Notes: generated from the sequence alone by a model not told the origin. Numbered from the whole stretch's first letter, positions 32,942 to 45,164 are shown. The stretch: DNA of 61,861 bases, filler included, from Globobulimina sp. (GCA_003354225.1; 27 parts of 27 records of this genome joined end to end with filler, not necessarily neighbours in it); one strand, 5' to 3'. Numbers and translations: made by a program.

Positions 32942-34090
32942 TTATACATGTATACCACAACATTTGTCCTCATCCCCTTGAAATCTCCCTGCTTCACCAC
33001 ACGTTTCGCACATAGTAAACCCTGCAGCATGTTTGAGAATGGGTGGTCCAGGACGTACGGGTTCGTGTGAAGGACAATAATATACCATAGTTTCATCAAT
33101 ATCCCCTTCCACTGTGTTATTACACAATGAACATTCCCAGTATTTTGCCACATATTCGGCACCGGTGGTTTCCCAATACCTGACAAACTGGTACATGTCT
33201 TGGAACCCTGTGATGTTTCGGTCCTTCATATCCCGCGCGCGCCTTTCTGTCGCTTTAACATATTCCAAAGGTATTTTACAATAAAAGCAATATTTCGGTG
33301 TGATAACACCTTTTGGACAACACATCGCTTCTAAACAACAGACCCCCGCATAATCTTCTCGACTGCTCTCTTTTCGACAGCAACACACACCGCCATATTC
33401 CACGTCACTTTCAAAATTGACCCCCAAATAACCAAGAAATACTCCCAAAATAAGAACAATACATTCAAAGAAGATACTAACACCGGCCAATGCTGCGCTA
33501 TATTGTGATAAAACATATATTCCTAAACAGGTGCTGACAGTGGTTAATACCCATAATGCGAGCATAAAACGACATCTTTGCGATGTTTTTGGATCAAATT
33601 TGCTGCTGTTAAAAACAGCAATGATGCCCAATATCTCATCAATAACACCGATCCAAGTCACAAGCACTAAGATCCCGGATGTCGATCCTTAAAAAATTTG
33701 TTAATATAAAGCGATAATATTATGAGATAACTATACCTAAATAAAAAAATTCTCCATTTAGTAAAGCAATGGCATTAAAAAAATCGAGAGAAGAATCTGC
33801 CAATACAGCGTATAATTCAATTACTATCACGGGATCTATGTTGTTTTTCTCTTTTTTCGCATGGGCTTTGTTATCGTCATTATCGCCTTTGTTTTGTGCA
33901 AAATGAACACATGTTTTAATAGATGCTACAATTATACAAACAATGGCGGCTGTCAATGCGGTAAGACCCGTTGCTTCGTCTTCTGTATCCACCCCAAATG
34001 CTGCAGATAATGCGATTGCTGAAATAGCACTGAGTACTCCTAGTGCAATTTGGCCAACTACTCGACAGCTGTGATCTTCGAATTCTTTTT
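32942..34090 (-). CDS. Multi-pass membrane protein with a Cys-rich ZZ-like zinc-finger tail; intron 33688-33736; start unresolved
   Basis: A 49-bp GTATAG...TTAAG intron joins ORFs 33720-33992 and 32942-33667. Tail: CCPKG...CFYC...WECSLC...YYCPSH...H..GFTMCETC. Confidence 0.6.
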
Positions 34091-34152
34091 TTTAGAAATG
34101 TCTGAAGATGTTTGATGTTTCTCTGACTCTGAGCAAAAACGTACTTTATATA

Positions 34153-34300
34153 ATGTCTGAAGATGGCGAAACAATAGTCATTGATAATGGCTCCGGAATG
34201 ATTAAAGCGGGATTTGCAGGCGAAGCTGCACCAATGGCAGTATTTCCTTCTGTTGCAGGTAGATGACGATGACACGGGGTCATGGTTGGTATGTCATCAA
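34153..34300 (+). pseudogene. Actin 5' fragment with two in-frame TGA codons
   Basis: [45 protein letters not shown] versus canonical [39 protein letters not shown]. Confidence 0.88.
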
Positions 34301-34434
34301 TAATTATAATCGTAATATACAAACTGTATAATATNNNNNNNNNNNNNNNNNNNNNNNNNNNNNNNNNNNNNNNNNNNNTTAATTAATTAANNNNNNNNNN
34401 NNNNNNNNNNNNNNNNNNNNNNNNNNNNNNNNNN

Positions 34435-34522
34435 TATTAGTACTAATATATATATTAGTTGTACTAATATATTTATAGAATGGAGCACATGTCACGCATT
34501 TTTTTACTAATATATAATATAT
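34435..34522 (+). repeat. 88-bp sequence shared with the end of contig 8 (18181-18268)
   Basis: 87/88 identical. Confidence 0.92.
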
Positions 34523-34534
34523 TTATGGCAAATA

Positions 34535-36510
34535 CTTTCCCTGTAGATTGGTTTGAAGGGATTAGTTTTCAGATTTTCAGATTTTTGAAAGTACTTTGAA
34601 TCACTGTTTTCTAAAAACTAAAACTCTAAATATGTGTTTTCTAAATAAAAGACGAAAGAAATATTCTAAATAATATGCATTTGAATAAAGATACATTCAA
34701 AATGCAATCAATTTAATATTTGTATATCCGAATCACTGTTTCCATCACTTTTATCAGTCTCATATCCATAATCCCAATGATTGTCATTTATATTATTATA
34801 ATTTAAATCAAAATTAACGTCATCATCATCAGAATCTGTGTCTTGATTTACATTATGATTTCTACCATAACTCTCCTCTTCTTCCTCGCTCTCACTTTGT
34901 TCGGCCTCAATATCACTCGCATTGAAACTCCCAGTATCACTATCCTCCGTTTCCTCATTTTCCTCATTCAAAATTTCATTTTTTGCCTCATTTTCCTCAT
35001 CACTTTGATAATTTCCTGTAATCCCACAAATTCTAAACGAATTACGAATATCTGCCGCAGTAATTGTATTTATTGCAGCCACCAACCATTTTGCCTGTCG
35101 ATTTTTAATTATCGACCACCGTAAATCAATTATAAACGACTCAATATCTCCACCAGCATCAATATATTCATTTACTTGTTTCATATAGAATTTATCAAAA
35201 TTTCTTCTTAATTCCATTTTTATTTACAATCTGATCCATAGGCTGCAGTTCATCCGTCATTCCCGCATCAATTATAACATAATAAATATCACTCCCACTC
35301 AACGTATCATAAAATAATGGATTGCTGATGTTTGTTGAGTGAAAATCAAAAATCACCAAACCCTTGGCATCATCACTTAAATTATATCGACGCCGCATCG
35401 ATTCCATATATATCACAATAATATTCAATAAATATCTCACTTTACTTATATTCGTCGACCAATGCTTTTTTGTATGCGTAACATCCCAATTTGCTGGAAA
35501 CGCTCCTCTGTATACTTCACATCTTTTTGTTTTGCCGCCATAAATAACTTGACAGCCTAATTTATTTCCATTCAATGCACCGCCTGTAATTGCAGTTACA
35601 TTCCGTTTAATATCTCTCCCGGCAATTTTCACTGTACCTCTTCCTCGCAAATTCATAGTATAATCTTGTGATGGCACCGCAGACACACTCGTTTCATCAA
35701 AATTTACCACCATAGAACGATGGATATTATTTTCAACTATTTTTTTATTTACTTTTTTCGCAAATTCTTTCTTTCTTCGTTCTTTTTCTTCTTTACTAAT
35801 ATTTTTACGTGTTGTTGTTGCTCGACGTTTGACATAATTCCAACGCCGATATAATGACTGGTGCAATGTAGCACTTTGAGGGTCAATGGTTCCCCCGTTT
35901 TCTTTCAACATATATGTAGCTCCACCACTTTCTAATTTTGTTTGTATAATTGCTGCCAATACACTTTTATTGACAGCACCACCGGCACTTCTTAGTGCGT
36001 CGCATGCAGCTTTACATTTTTTATCAAATTCACCTAATAATGGCATATGTTTTGGTTTTGGATTAAAACCACATTCTTGCACTGTCGGCTCCCTTCCACC
36101 TGTACAAATATGCATATTTGGTATTGTTTGTATTATTCGGTTTGTGTATGTATACCTAATTTATTTATCGCGTTTTTATAACTTTTCCCCCAGGCACTGA
36201 CCGAGGACCTTTTTAAATTATAACGCGAGTGATTCGCTTTTGTTGCATCCCAACCTGTATTGACAACCTCTTTGGCTATAATTAATTTATGTGCCGGCGC
36301 AATAATCACATACTTCCCTCGTTTGCGATGTGCATCATTTACAATCTGATTAATGTTATTTTCAATTTGTGACATTCTGAATTAATGTACTAATTTCTAT
36401 GGTTTTCTAAACTAAAGTTAAGTTGAAAAGTACTCAATTAAATTAACAACAATCCAAACCAAAATACACAATCTGAAAACTGATCCCTCCAAACCGATCT
36501 ACAGGGAAAG
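34535..36510 (-). mobile_element. Full-length pogo-like (IS630-Tc1-mariner) DNA transposon, 1,976 bp
   Basis: 41-bp TIRs at 34535-34575 and 36470-36510 (38/41 match), flanked by TA on both sides (34533-34534, 36511-36512); encloses a DDE_1-type transposase. Confidence 0.93.
34708..36375 (-). pseudogene. pogo-type DDD transposase; intron 36100-36155; frameshift near 35218
   Basis: NFDET...IFDFH...LQPMD with 36 residues between the second and third Asp. A 56-bp GTATAC...GTACAG intron restores KLG|GREP. The frame breaks just after QPMDQIVNK; acidic tail. Confidence 0.88.
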
Positions 36511-36782
36511 TATGTCAATAATTTGTATAAATGATTCATATGCATCACCAGCGAGGTCTTTTAGTCTCCTATTTTTAACTAAAATAAATATGCCATTGTA
36601 CATTGGATCCATAATATTTTCTTTATCAANNNNNNNNNNNNNNNNNNNNNNNNNNNNNNNNNNNNNNNNNNNNTTAATTAATTAANNNNNNNNNNNNNNN
36701 NNNNNNNNNNNNNNNNNNNNNNNNNNNNNAAAAAGTTGAAACTAACAAAACAATTAAAAAAGAATGGAAAGTTTTACATTGT

Positions 36783-37430
36783 TTGAAAGCAAACGAAAGA
36801 GAAATAGAGTTAGATTCTGATAAAATGGAATTGTTGGAAGAATTTACAAAATATGAATTTCGTATTAAAGTTGTTTTTTTTAATCAGGAAATATATTCTC
36901 AAACAATGAAGGGTGAAACAAAAAAGTTATTCCCTGAATTTCCTTCTATTTTATTGACAGACAATGAGAAATCTCAATTGGTGCAATGGATTCCGAATGG
37001 TATACATCGTAAATTTGCACTATTATTTCGTGCGAGTCGCGATGGATTTGCTGCAGCGAGCTTTCATGAAAAGTGTGATGATAAAGGTGAGACTTTGGTG
37101 ATTGTTAAATCTGAAATGAATCATATATTTGGAGATAGTGTTGGGTATAGACGAGATGAGAATGCGTGGATATATTTATTAAGGAGTTCTAGGAATGATT
37201 TACCTCAGAAATGGTATTGTAAACTACCACAATATGCGATCTTTGCACATTCATCACATGGGCCAATATTTGGAGAAGGAAATGATTTTTATTTGTCCGG
37301 TAGATGCGATGCAAACAGTTACTCATACTCTGATTTAGGAGATTCTTATTCTGCGCCGAAAGATAAAAACAAATTAGCGGGCTCACACCAGTTCAAATGT
37401 ATTGATTACGAGATATGGAAACTGATTTGA
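36783..37430 (+). CDS. TLDc-domain protein (probably 5'-partial)
   Basis: LLFRASRDGF...FHEKCDDKGETLVIVKS...IFG, GPIFGEGND, F...DYEIW. Confidence 0.88.
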   Translation: MKANEREIELDSDKMELLEEFTKYEFRIKVVFFNQEIYSQTMKGETKKLFPEFPSILLTDNEKSQLVQWIPNGIHRKFALLFRASRDGFAAASFHEKCDDKGETLVIVKSEMNHIFGDSVGYRRDENAWIYLLRSSRNDLPQKWYCKLPQYAIFAHSSHGPIFGEGNDFYLSGRCDANSYSYSDLGDSYSAPKDKNKLAGSHQFKCIDYEIWKLI

Positions 37431-37530
37431 CATATTTCCTCTCAATTTTTTCTTTCTGTTCTTCCAAAGCTTCACTACTAAAAAACGAAAAACTTCACTA
37501 CTACAATATATCAACTGAAGCTGTTTAACA

Positions 37531-38481
37531 ATGGCAGCTGATGGTGCTAAACTGCCTAAACATGTGAAATTAAGCATGCAGGACCCAGATGAAATGCAAA
37601 TCGAATTAAGTGTCCAAAAAGCTCTCGATAAACAAATCATGCTCACCCAAAATATTTATAATGCATATTTAATAAAAAAATATAAACGGTCAGAAAGATT
37701 GCGTTGGAAAAGTGCGCCGTGGTTTATGCGATTTTATATTTCTATATTACCATATTTTATTGCTGTGGTTCAATGGATTGCAGTTATTGTTTTGATACTG
37801 ATTCAATTTTATAGCATGGAGCGCGGATCGGATAATTTAAAAACATTTGCTTTTTATCCGGATGAAAATTGGAAACAAAAAAGTTTGATGTGGCCATTTT
37901 TTTTTGTAGCTTTGGCATATACATATTCGAGAAACTTAGCGTGTGAGGTCGATATTTGGTCATTGAAATATGACGGTATCATTGTTTGTGATGCGTCTCA
38001 GCAGAAATATAAATGTAATGCGGAAGTAATGTTTTTAAAGCATTTAACTGAGGGTTTGTTAAACCATTGGGGCGGTTTTGTATTTTATGCAGTTTTGGCT
38101 GCTTGTTCTGATTATGCAGAATTGGGGGATTTGAAGGAAATGATATTTTCTATTTTGGAATATATTTTTATATTTGATTTGGATGAATATTCTTACCTTT
38201 TGGTGAAGGATATATTTGTATTCACTTTCAATGATAAAACAAGTTCGGATGATCCAGATACGCCATTTTATGGTAAAGCGGAATTTACTGTGGATGGAGC
38301 AAAGCAAGCTCCATTAAGAATATTTGCGGTGTTTTTATGTTCTATCACTGTTTTAGGCATTTTTATGAGAAGTTATTTGTTGTTTGCTGTATTTGGCGGA
38401 GCGTGGATTGCTGTGGAAATTATGAAAATATTTATTGGTGGACATGAAGTATCATTATGGATAAAAAAAAGAAATTCATGA
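37531..38481 (+). CDS. Multi-pass membrane protein of unknown function
   Basis: Complete 316-aa ORF with about five hydrophobic helices; FIFDLDE motif. Confidence 0.7.
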   Translation: MAADGAKLPKHVKLSMQDPDEMQIELSVQKALDKQIMLTQNIYNAYLIKKYKRSERLRWKSAPWFMRFYISILPYFIAVVQWIAVIVLILIQFYSMERGSDNLKTFAFYPDENWKQKSLMWPFFFVALAYTYSRNLACEVDIWSLKYDGIIVCDASQQKYKCNAEVMFLKHLTEGLLNHWGGFVFYAVLAACSDYAELGDLKEMIFSILEYIFIFDLDEYSYLLVKDIFVFTFNDKTSSDDPDTPFYGKAEFTVDGAKQAPLRIFAVFLCSITVLGIFMRSYLLFAVFGGAWIAVEIMKIFIGGHEVSLWIKKRNS

Positions 38482-39300
38482 AATGTGTATATTTATTCGT
38501 ACATTAAATGTTGTGTGTTTATTGTGTATATTCCAACCCAGCACCTTCTGGGAGATAAATTACATACATATCATTAGATAGATGTTCGTGCTGTTATACA
38601 AAAGCAATTTGTTTTCTTGTTCAGTGATGGCATGGCTTCCAAAAGCTTGTAAATTATATCAATTTAAACCTACGATTATATGTTGATGATGCTCATTCTA
38701 AATGGTGGCGTAAATTTGCGATTAAGGTAGTACATGAACTAAGCAATTAGGATTTGTATGACATGATAATATAATGCTAGGTTAAAGAGAATTCAATGGA
38801 ATGCAAAAATTCTTTCAACGCATAATAGCTATGATCCTCAGGTATGTTTGTACATGAAATAAATTATGTTTCTGTTGTACATGATATTCAGAAACAAAGG
38901 CAAACACTACACGTTTTTGGGATNNNNNNNNNNNNNNNNNNNNNNNNNNNNNNNNNNNNNNNNNNNNTTAATTAATTAANNNNNNNNNNNNNNNNNNNNN
39001 NNNNNNNNNNNNNNNNNNNNNNNATTGTTGGCTTTGTTTTGTTACAAACTGTCGCGGCTGGTGCTGGATAATAAAAATACTCCTTACACGAATATGATAT
39101 CTAACACGGACTTTTAAAAAAAATATTTTACTGATTGAGATTTTGTGCAATGTGCAAGGATATAAAAACAAAATCATTTTGTTGTTATTTCTTCCATTCA
39201 TTATTGTTACAAAACACAGAAACAAATAATGATAAAAAAAAACAATCTCAACTACTGTACAACACAAAACTAGTGATTTTTTTGTTATTTTGCTAATCTA

Positions 39301-40416
39301 TCATCCTAAAAATGCAGTAAACCATCTAAATGCGGCTTCGGCAGTAAGATTTTGATAAAATTCCTCCCATCGTCTTTCTAACAACACATTTTCAAAAGAA
39401 GTCCAATAATTCATTCCCTCAAATAAATTTATCATTGTTAATGCTAAAATCCCTACAAAAAACATTAAAAATATCGGAGAAAATATTTGCATACAACATT
39501 GATGACAAAATGGGTTCGTAGTCTTCCATCCTCTGCAGCCTATATAACATTCATTACATTATATATATAGTATATATTCAACGCATATATATCGTAAAAG
39601 AAACACTAACAAATAAATATGGCCACTGCAGGGCCAACAATGACAATGGTGATCCAAAAATAGGTGACAGCGCCAACAAAGCCATACATAATTAACCATA
39701 TACAATAACAAAAAAACAAGACACCATTTGCAATGTTCCAGGCAATGCGGAAACCGTCCTGCCAGTCGGGGTTAAGTACGATAGCAATGAAATTGAGTAC
39801 AACTAAGGAATAATTACTTGATATCACAATACGAGCACTAAAACATTGATAATTATTCCACGTGGTACTATCATATATTTCATCGATATAATCACTCTCT
39901 TTCCACGCGAAGAAACTTACTAAATCCAATATTAATATTACAGTCATTGATAATATTTGCCATACAATCAAACAGTAAGCGGTGCCGCTGCCACATGCTG
40001 CATATATTAGTTTTATTATATTCATGTTTTTATATATTTCCCAACATGTATAAGGTTATTAAGGTACATTAATAACCTGATTTTTTGCAGCTTGTACAAC
40101 ACGCGCAATGTGAATCCACTTCAGTAGTAATATTGGGATTGGTTGGTACTGATACATGCGTTTGTTGTTGCTGTTGCATTTCTATCTTCCTTTGTTCCGG
40201 GACTTCAGATGGAAAAGTTATAAAATATGCAATAAGTGCTTGGCATATTATGCCTAATAATACCACAAATAAGGGCATTAATAATGAAGTGGGAACACAG
40301 TCAATCCATATGTACCAAGATTCGTCATTTCCTGTAAATATTGGTTTTGTTGGAGATGGTGTTGGTTCCAACGTTGGATTAAATGTCGGATTAAATGTCG
40401 GTGACCGAGTTGTCAT
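39301..40416 (-). CDS. Multi-pass membrane protein with an N-terminal PTxxPT repeat; three exons
   Basis: Two GT-AG introns join ORFs 40069-40422, 39606-40025 and 39301-39492 in frame (KKS|ACGSG and IFI|CCRGWKTTNPFCHQCCMQ). Confidence 0.7.
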
Positions 40417-40520
40417 GATCACTTCAACTTATATTAAACGATTTTTTACTCGTTTTCATCATCAAAGTCCATGGCGTCGTTACTCTAAAATAAATACCAA
40501 ACATCAATCAAAGTTAAAAT

Positions 40521-41217
40521 ATGGACAGTTTGAATCATTTATGCCTGGGTGATACAGTTAAATACACATCCAACATATTCTATTGATATCATTAAAAAAA
40601 ACAAACAAAAGGTTGAGCTCAAAAAAGACAAAAAAGGCTACCAAGCAAAAGCAGAGATAAAATTTATAGGCCCAATGCAGGATAAAAACGGTATATTTTA
40701 TGGTGTCGCAGTCGACAGAGCGTGGAAAGGAAAACATAACGGAACTTTTAAAAACATCCAATATTTTGAAACAAACCAACAACGCGGCTTATTTGCAAAA
40801 AAAGATCGTATGACAGCATTCATAGAAAAGGCCAAAAATAACAATAAATTTGAAGATAAACGCATATCCATAAATGATTCAGTGTCAATTGCTAAGTTAC
40901 AATGCAATGGAATTGTAAGATTTGTTGGATGCATTGCTCATAAACCCGGTACATTTTATGGCATTGCCTTAGAAGTATCCAACGGGAAACACAATGGCTG
41001 TGTTAAAGGCAGACAATATTTCCATTGCGATAACCACTGTGGCATATTCTTGAAAATCAAAGATATCGAACGCAATATGCATAATAATGGTGGATTACCT
41101 CCAATTGGTGGCATGAATGACAATAATATCTTGGCTAATTTGGTTATGGGTGGCCATGCTCCGCCACCTCCGCCAATCGCTGTTAATAACGCTCTGGAAC
41201 CAGTACCTGGTGGTCCT
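40521..41217 (+). CDS. Tandem CAP-Gly domain protein (3'-partial); intron 40557-40611
   Basis: MDSLNHLCLGDT|VEL; two copies of (I/V).F(I/V)G....G.FYG(V/I)A....GKHNG..K..QYF......G(L/I)F; Pro-rich tail. Confidence 0.9.
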
Positions 41218-41540
41218 NNNNNNNNNNNNNNNNNNNNNNNNNNNNNNNNNNNNNNNNNNNNTTAATTAATTAANNNNNNNNNNNNNNNNNNNNNNNNNNN
41301 NNNNNNNNNNNNNNNNNGCCTCTAAATTGGTTTGGCCGCCCACATCATTGTTTGTTTCACAATTAAAACAAGTACCCATGGCAAAAATGGAGATGTATAT
41401 TTAAATTGGGCAAAAATGGAGATGACAACTCGAGTCTGTTCACTTTAAAGTGGGCTAAATCGGACTTGTACTGCTGTGTTATAAAAAAATAAAAAGCATT
41501 GCGAGTATAAAATATTAACATAGGTCATGGGGAAGAAATT

Positions 41541-43511
41541 TTACACTTTATTCAATAACAATAATGTATGATATGAGCCAGCTGAGGTAGCCACAATTTT
41601 GTCATTTTGATTGGATTGATAATATTCTTTTGGTTTCTTACAAAAAAGATGTTGTCCGTCATAATTATCCACATAAACATCATCCGCACATTGATTATAT
41701 CTGTTATTCCCCCAACAAAATATCTTATTTTCCTCGTTAAGCGCAATGGTATGATGACAGCCGCACGAAATATTTACGATTTGCGTATTATGAAATGCGT
41801 CAATAAAAGTCGGTATAAACCTATCCGATTTCTTATTATTCCCAATTTGTCCCTCATCGCCACGTCCCCATACAAACACATTCCCACTTTTATCAATTGC
41901 CGCGCCGTGATAATTACCTGACGATATCTGCGTTATTTTCTTATTTTGATTTTCAAACCACACCATTTTATTTATTATCACCTGATCCGATGACGATTCC
42001 GTATTATTTATCCCTAACTGTCCTCGATAATTACTCCCAAACGACCACACATTGCCGTTTATATCCAAACAATACGAATGGTCGCGACCTGCCGCAATTT
42101 GGATAATCTCACTTTCCAAATTGCTTATTTTCTTCGGCTGCTTTTGATATTCATTCGCTGTTTTATATCCTAATTGGAACGATTCGTTCAAACCGCACGA
42201 ATAAACCGCACCATCCACCGATAAAAACAATGTATGATACTCGCCGCACGCAATGGCTTTGATGTTGACATTGTTTTTCTGAAAATACTTATTCAACTGC
42301 GGCGTCGTATAATTTTCTTGGTCATCCAAGCCCAGCTGACCATATTCGTTTGCACCACAACAATATATCTCGTTATTGCCCGCACAAATAAACAGCACAT
42401 GGAACGCATTGATACTCCGCGATACCCCTTGTATTTTCAGATTGGAATTGGTGAAAAACGGATGTATCTTCGCCGCCAATTGGTCCTCTTCTGTGTTCAA
42501 ACCTAACTGTCCAAAATCATTGCATCCACTCACATATATGTCGCCATTGCAAGTTAAAAAGCAAAAGGCTTTGTATGAGCAGGATATCACACCGATAATA
42601 CCCACACCGCGACTCCATAGCAACTCTTGTAATTCACGGATATTTTCGTCAGTATTTACCCCCAAATCGCCCTTCTCGTTACATCCCGCGCCAATCAGTA
42701 CATTCTTGGCTGGGTCAATCAGCTCTTTCTTCTCTTCCTGAATCTGTCCTCCTCCTTCAATCTTATACTCCTCTTTCCTCTCTATGCCTATATACAAATA
42801 ATATGCGCCATTTCCATGCATAACATGTAGAAAAGCATACCATTTACTTTTATATTTTCATACATTCTCTTTAATTCAGTCAACTGCTCCAAAATACCGC
42901 CACCGGGACTGTTCAATATCGATCGCAATTCCTCCATTTCCTTCTGCATCGCACTGATTTTATCATTTATATTACGCATCTCATTCAAAATTAAATTTTG
43001 ATGCATTACGTTATATTCGTTATAATGTTTCACTATTTTTTGGTCTTCTTTCTTCTCTGCGCTTTGTGAGGATTCATTGCATCCGATATCAATGAATGGG
43101 CATTTGGTGGGTTTGAATTTGCATTCTTTTAAATGCGTAAATAACTCAGCCACTGCTCCTTCCCAATCACACTCATCGCCTTTGGTAACACCGCCGCCTT
43201 CGTCATATACACCATCCTCTGAGGCAGCCATTGCAGGGACGCTGTGACAGTGTGCAGTGTGTGGGGTATTTATTTGTTTAGTTTCGATTTTGCGAGTATA
43301 GCATACCCAGAATAAAGACAGGAAATATGCTCCTTTGCGATCATATTGTCCAACACGGCGTTCTTTAATGTCGGCTGTGTGATTTGTGTCTTATCCACTG
43401 GGCATAGCTCGTTTCGCTCACATAATGCAATGATGCATTTCCTACAAAATACGTGGCCCATGTTACAGGAGGCTGCTTTTAATGGTATATTGCGACATTG
43501 TTCACACATAA
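41541..43511 (-). CDS. RING + TRAF-type zinc finger + coiled coil + RCC1 beta-propeller protein (5'-partial); introns 43242-43306 and 42788-42840
   Basis: CEQC...C..GHVFCRKC...CPVD; CDWEG...HLKECKFKPTKCPF..IGC; about seven RCC1 repeats. Both GTATGC...AG introns restore one frame. Confidence 0.88.
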
Positions 43512-43939
43512 NNNNNNNNNNNNNNNNNNNNNNNNNNNNNNNNNNNNNNNNNNNNTTAATTAATTAANNNNNNNNNNNNNNNNNNNNNNNNNNNNNNNNN
43601 NNNNNNNNNNNTGTCATATGACAGTATATTATTTCTATTTGTCCATATTGTGTTTGCAAATCAATGGTATTTACAGCACAATTGGTACAAAGACAGACGC
43701 TCTACTTTAAGGTTTGCCGTACGTATTTCTGGTTTCTTGCCATATTAATAATATATAGAAATAATGACATTATCCGAAAATCAAACAGCCAATCAAACAA
43801 CGGGAAAATAATTGATTCGGTACTATTTAATTTATGGACACTGCCATAATGTACGTAAAACAAACAGATACAAATAGAGGGAAAAGGCAACACAAAAATT
43901 AAAACAGTATAAAAAATAAGACAAAACAATCAACATAAA

Positions 43940-45164
43940 CTACAAATTATTATCCTTTATTTTTTTTTTTACATTGGTAACAAATTTATTCCAGTGAGTT
44001 TTCAAAATAATATTATAAACTTCTTGTGTGACCCCTTGGAAAATATCACTCTCCATTCTGAAAAATTGGTTTTCAGCAAATATATGCTCGAAATGATGCA
44101 TCGTTGCCAACATATTTTGTCTTGTGACATCGGAAATATTTAAACTTAAATTTGATTTTTCATCGATACTAACTTCAATTATATTTCTTGCGGTCATAAA
44201 TCTTCTTTTATCTGTGGTTTGGTTGTCAAATTTCTTAATTGCTGTTAAATATATTGCTATCTCATCACGACATTCTGTTAATTGTTTATAATTTGTAGTG
44301 CGGTGTAAGCGGCAGAGTTAGAGTGAGATGACATACGTTGTTGTAAATATTTGAATAAATATTCTGTTGCAACCGATGATAATAAACAAATATCTAAACT
44401 CTTTAAAAAACAATAAACATAATCACAACCAATTGTTTTCACCATCATCATTTCCATTGCCCTCGCAAACGTATAATCCATTGCATATTTTTGCTGTGTA
44501 TACCAAACATATATACATAAAATAATATGCGTACAATGTACAAATCTGTATAATATATTGTTATATTACAATATAGCAAACCTGTATTTTATATGAATTG
44601 GGGAAATAATAAGTAAATGTTTCATGCAATGATTCCACCAAAACAGAAAAATGTGTGCTATCAATATGCATTCTGCCATGTATTGCACCTAAAATCGATA
44701 ACATTTCTGTTAAATTATCATCATTTCGTAATAATGCACGGATTAACCACCCGGTCGTATTTACAAATTTTAAAGCAATTGTTTCTATTTTCGCGGTGCC
44801 AGTGGGATGGAAATATTTTTTGAATATTCTTTTTATTTTATTGAGTTTCACTGCCATCGCTGAATAAATGGCAACACTAATTTCCTGTACATAGAGTCAT
44901 AGACTTATCTTTGCAAAAAAGGGGAATGTTTTTGTATGGACTGATAACTAATTGGCGTTGGATTGATAATGTGCTCATTTCATCATTCCAAAAACCAGCA
45001 GCAATTTGAACAATTTTGGTAGATATCATTGTTTTGGGTGATTGGCAGGTTTTTGATGGAACATATTCGTTAACAAATGTGTCATATTTAGTTGATGTAT
45101 AATTTGGGAATGCTGGTTCACTTAAAGCTTGACTTCTGTCAATTGATTTGATTTGGTTTCCCAT
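43940..45164 (-). CDS. Globin-RGS fusion protein (336 aa) with an MGN N-terminus; exons 45164-44949, 44884-44582, 44493-44337, 44274-43940
   Basis: Three GT-AG introns (64, 88, 62 bp) give an uninterrupted 1,011-nt CDS. Globin: AGFW, AIYSAMA...RIF, ALKF, LSILGAIHGRMHIDSTHF. RGS: SLDICL...EYLFKYL...DEIAIYLTAIKKF...ARNI...SLNISDVTR...IFQGVTQEVYNII...WNKF. Confidence 0.85.

Noticed and set aside
34264-34272. TGA reassignment or selenocysteine suggested by in-frame TGAs in actin and the gypsy element
   Set aside because: TGA ends ordinary genes here (12128, 37430, 38481), Trp is encoded by TGG throughout, and the actin TGAs fall at Pro and His positions.
35195-35230. Programmed +1 frameshift (Euplotes-type) in the transposase
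   Set aside because: There is no AAA-TAR signal, and the spacing after the third Asp suggests a small deletion, consistent with decay.
38620-38923. Possible spliced gene fragment with two short GT-AG introns at the contig end
   Set aside because: I could not build one consistent reading frame or recognise a product.
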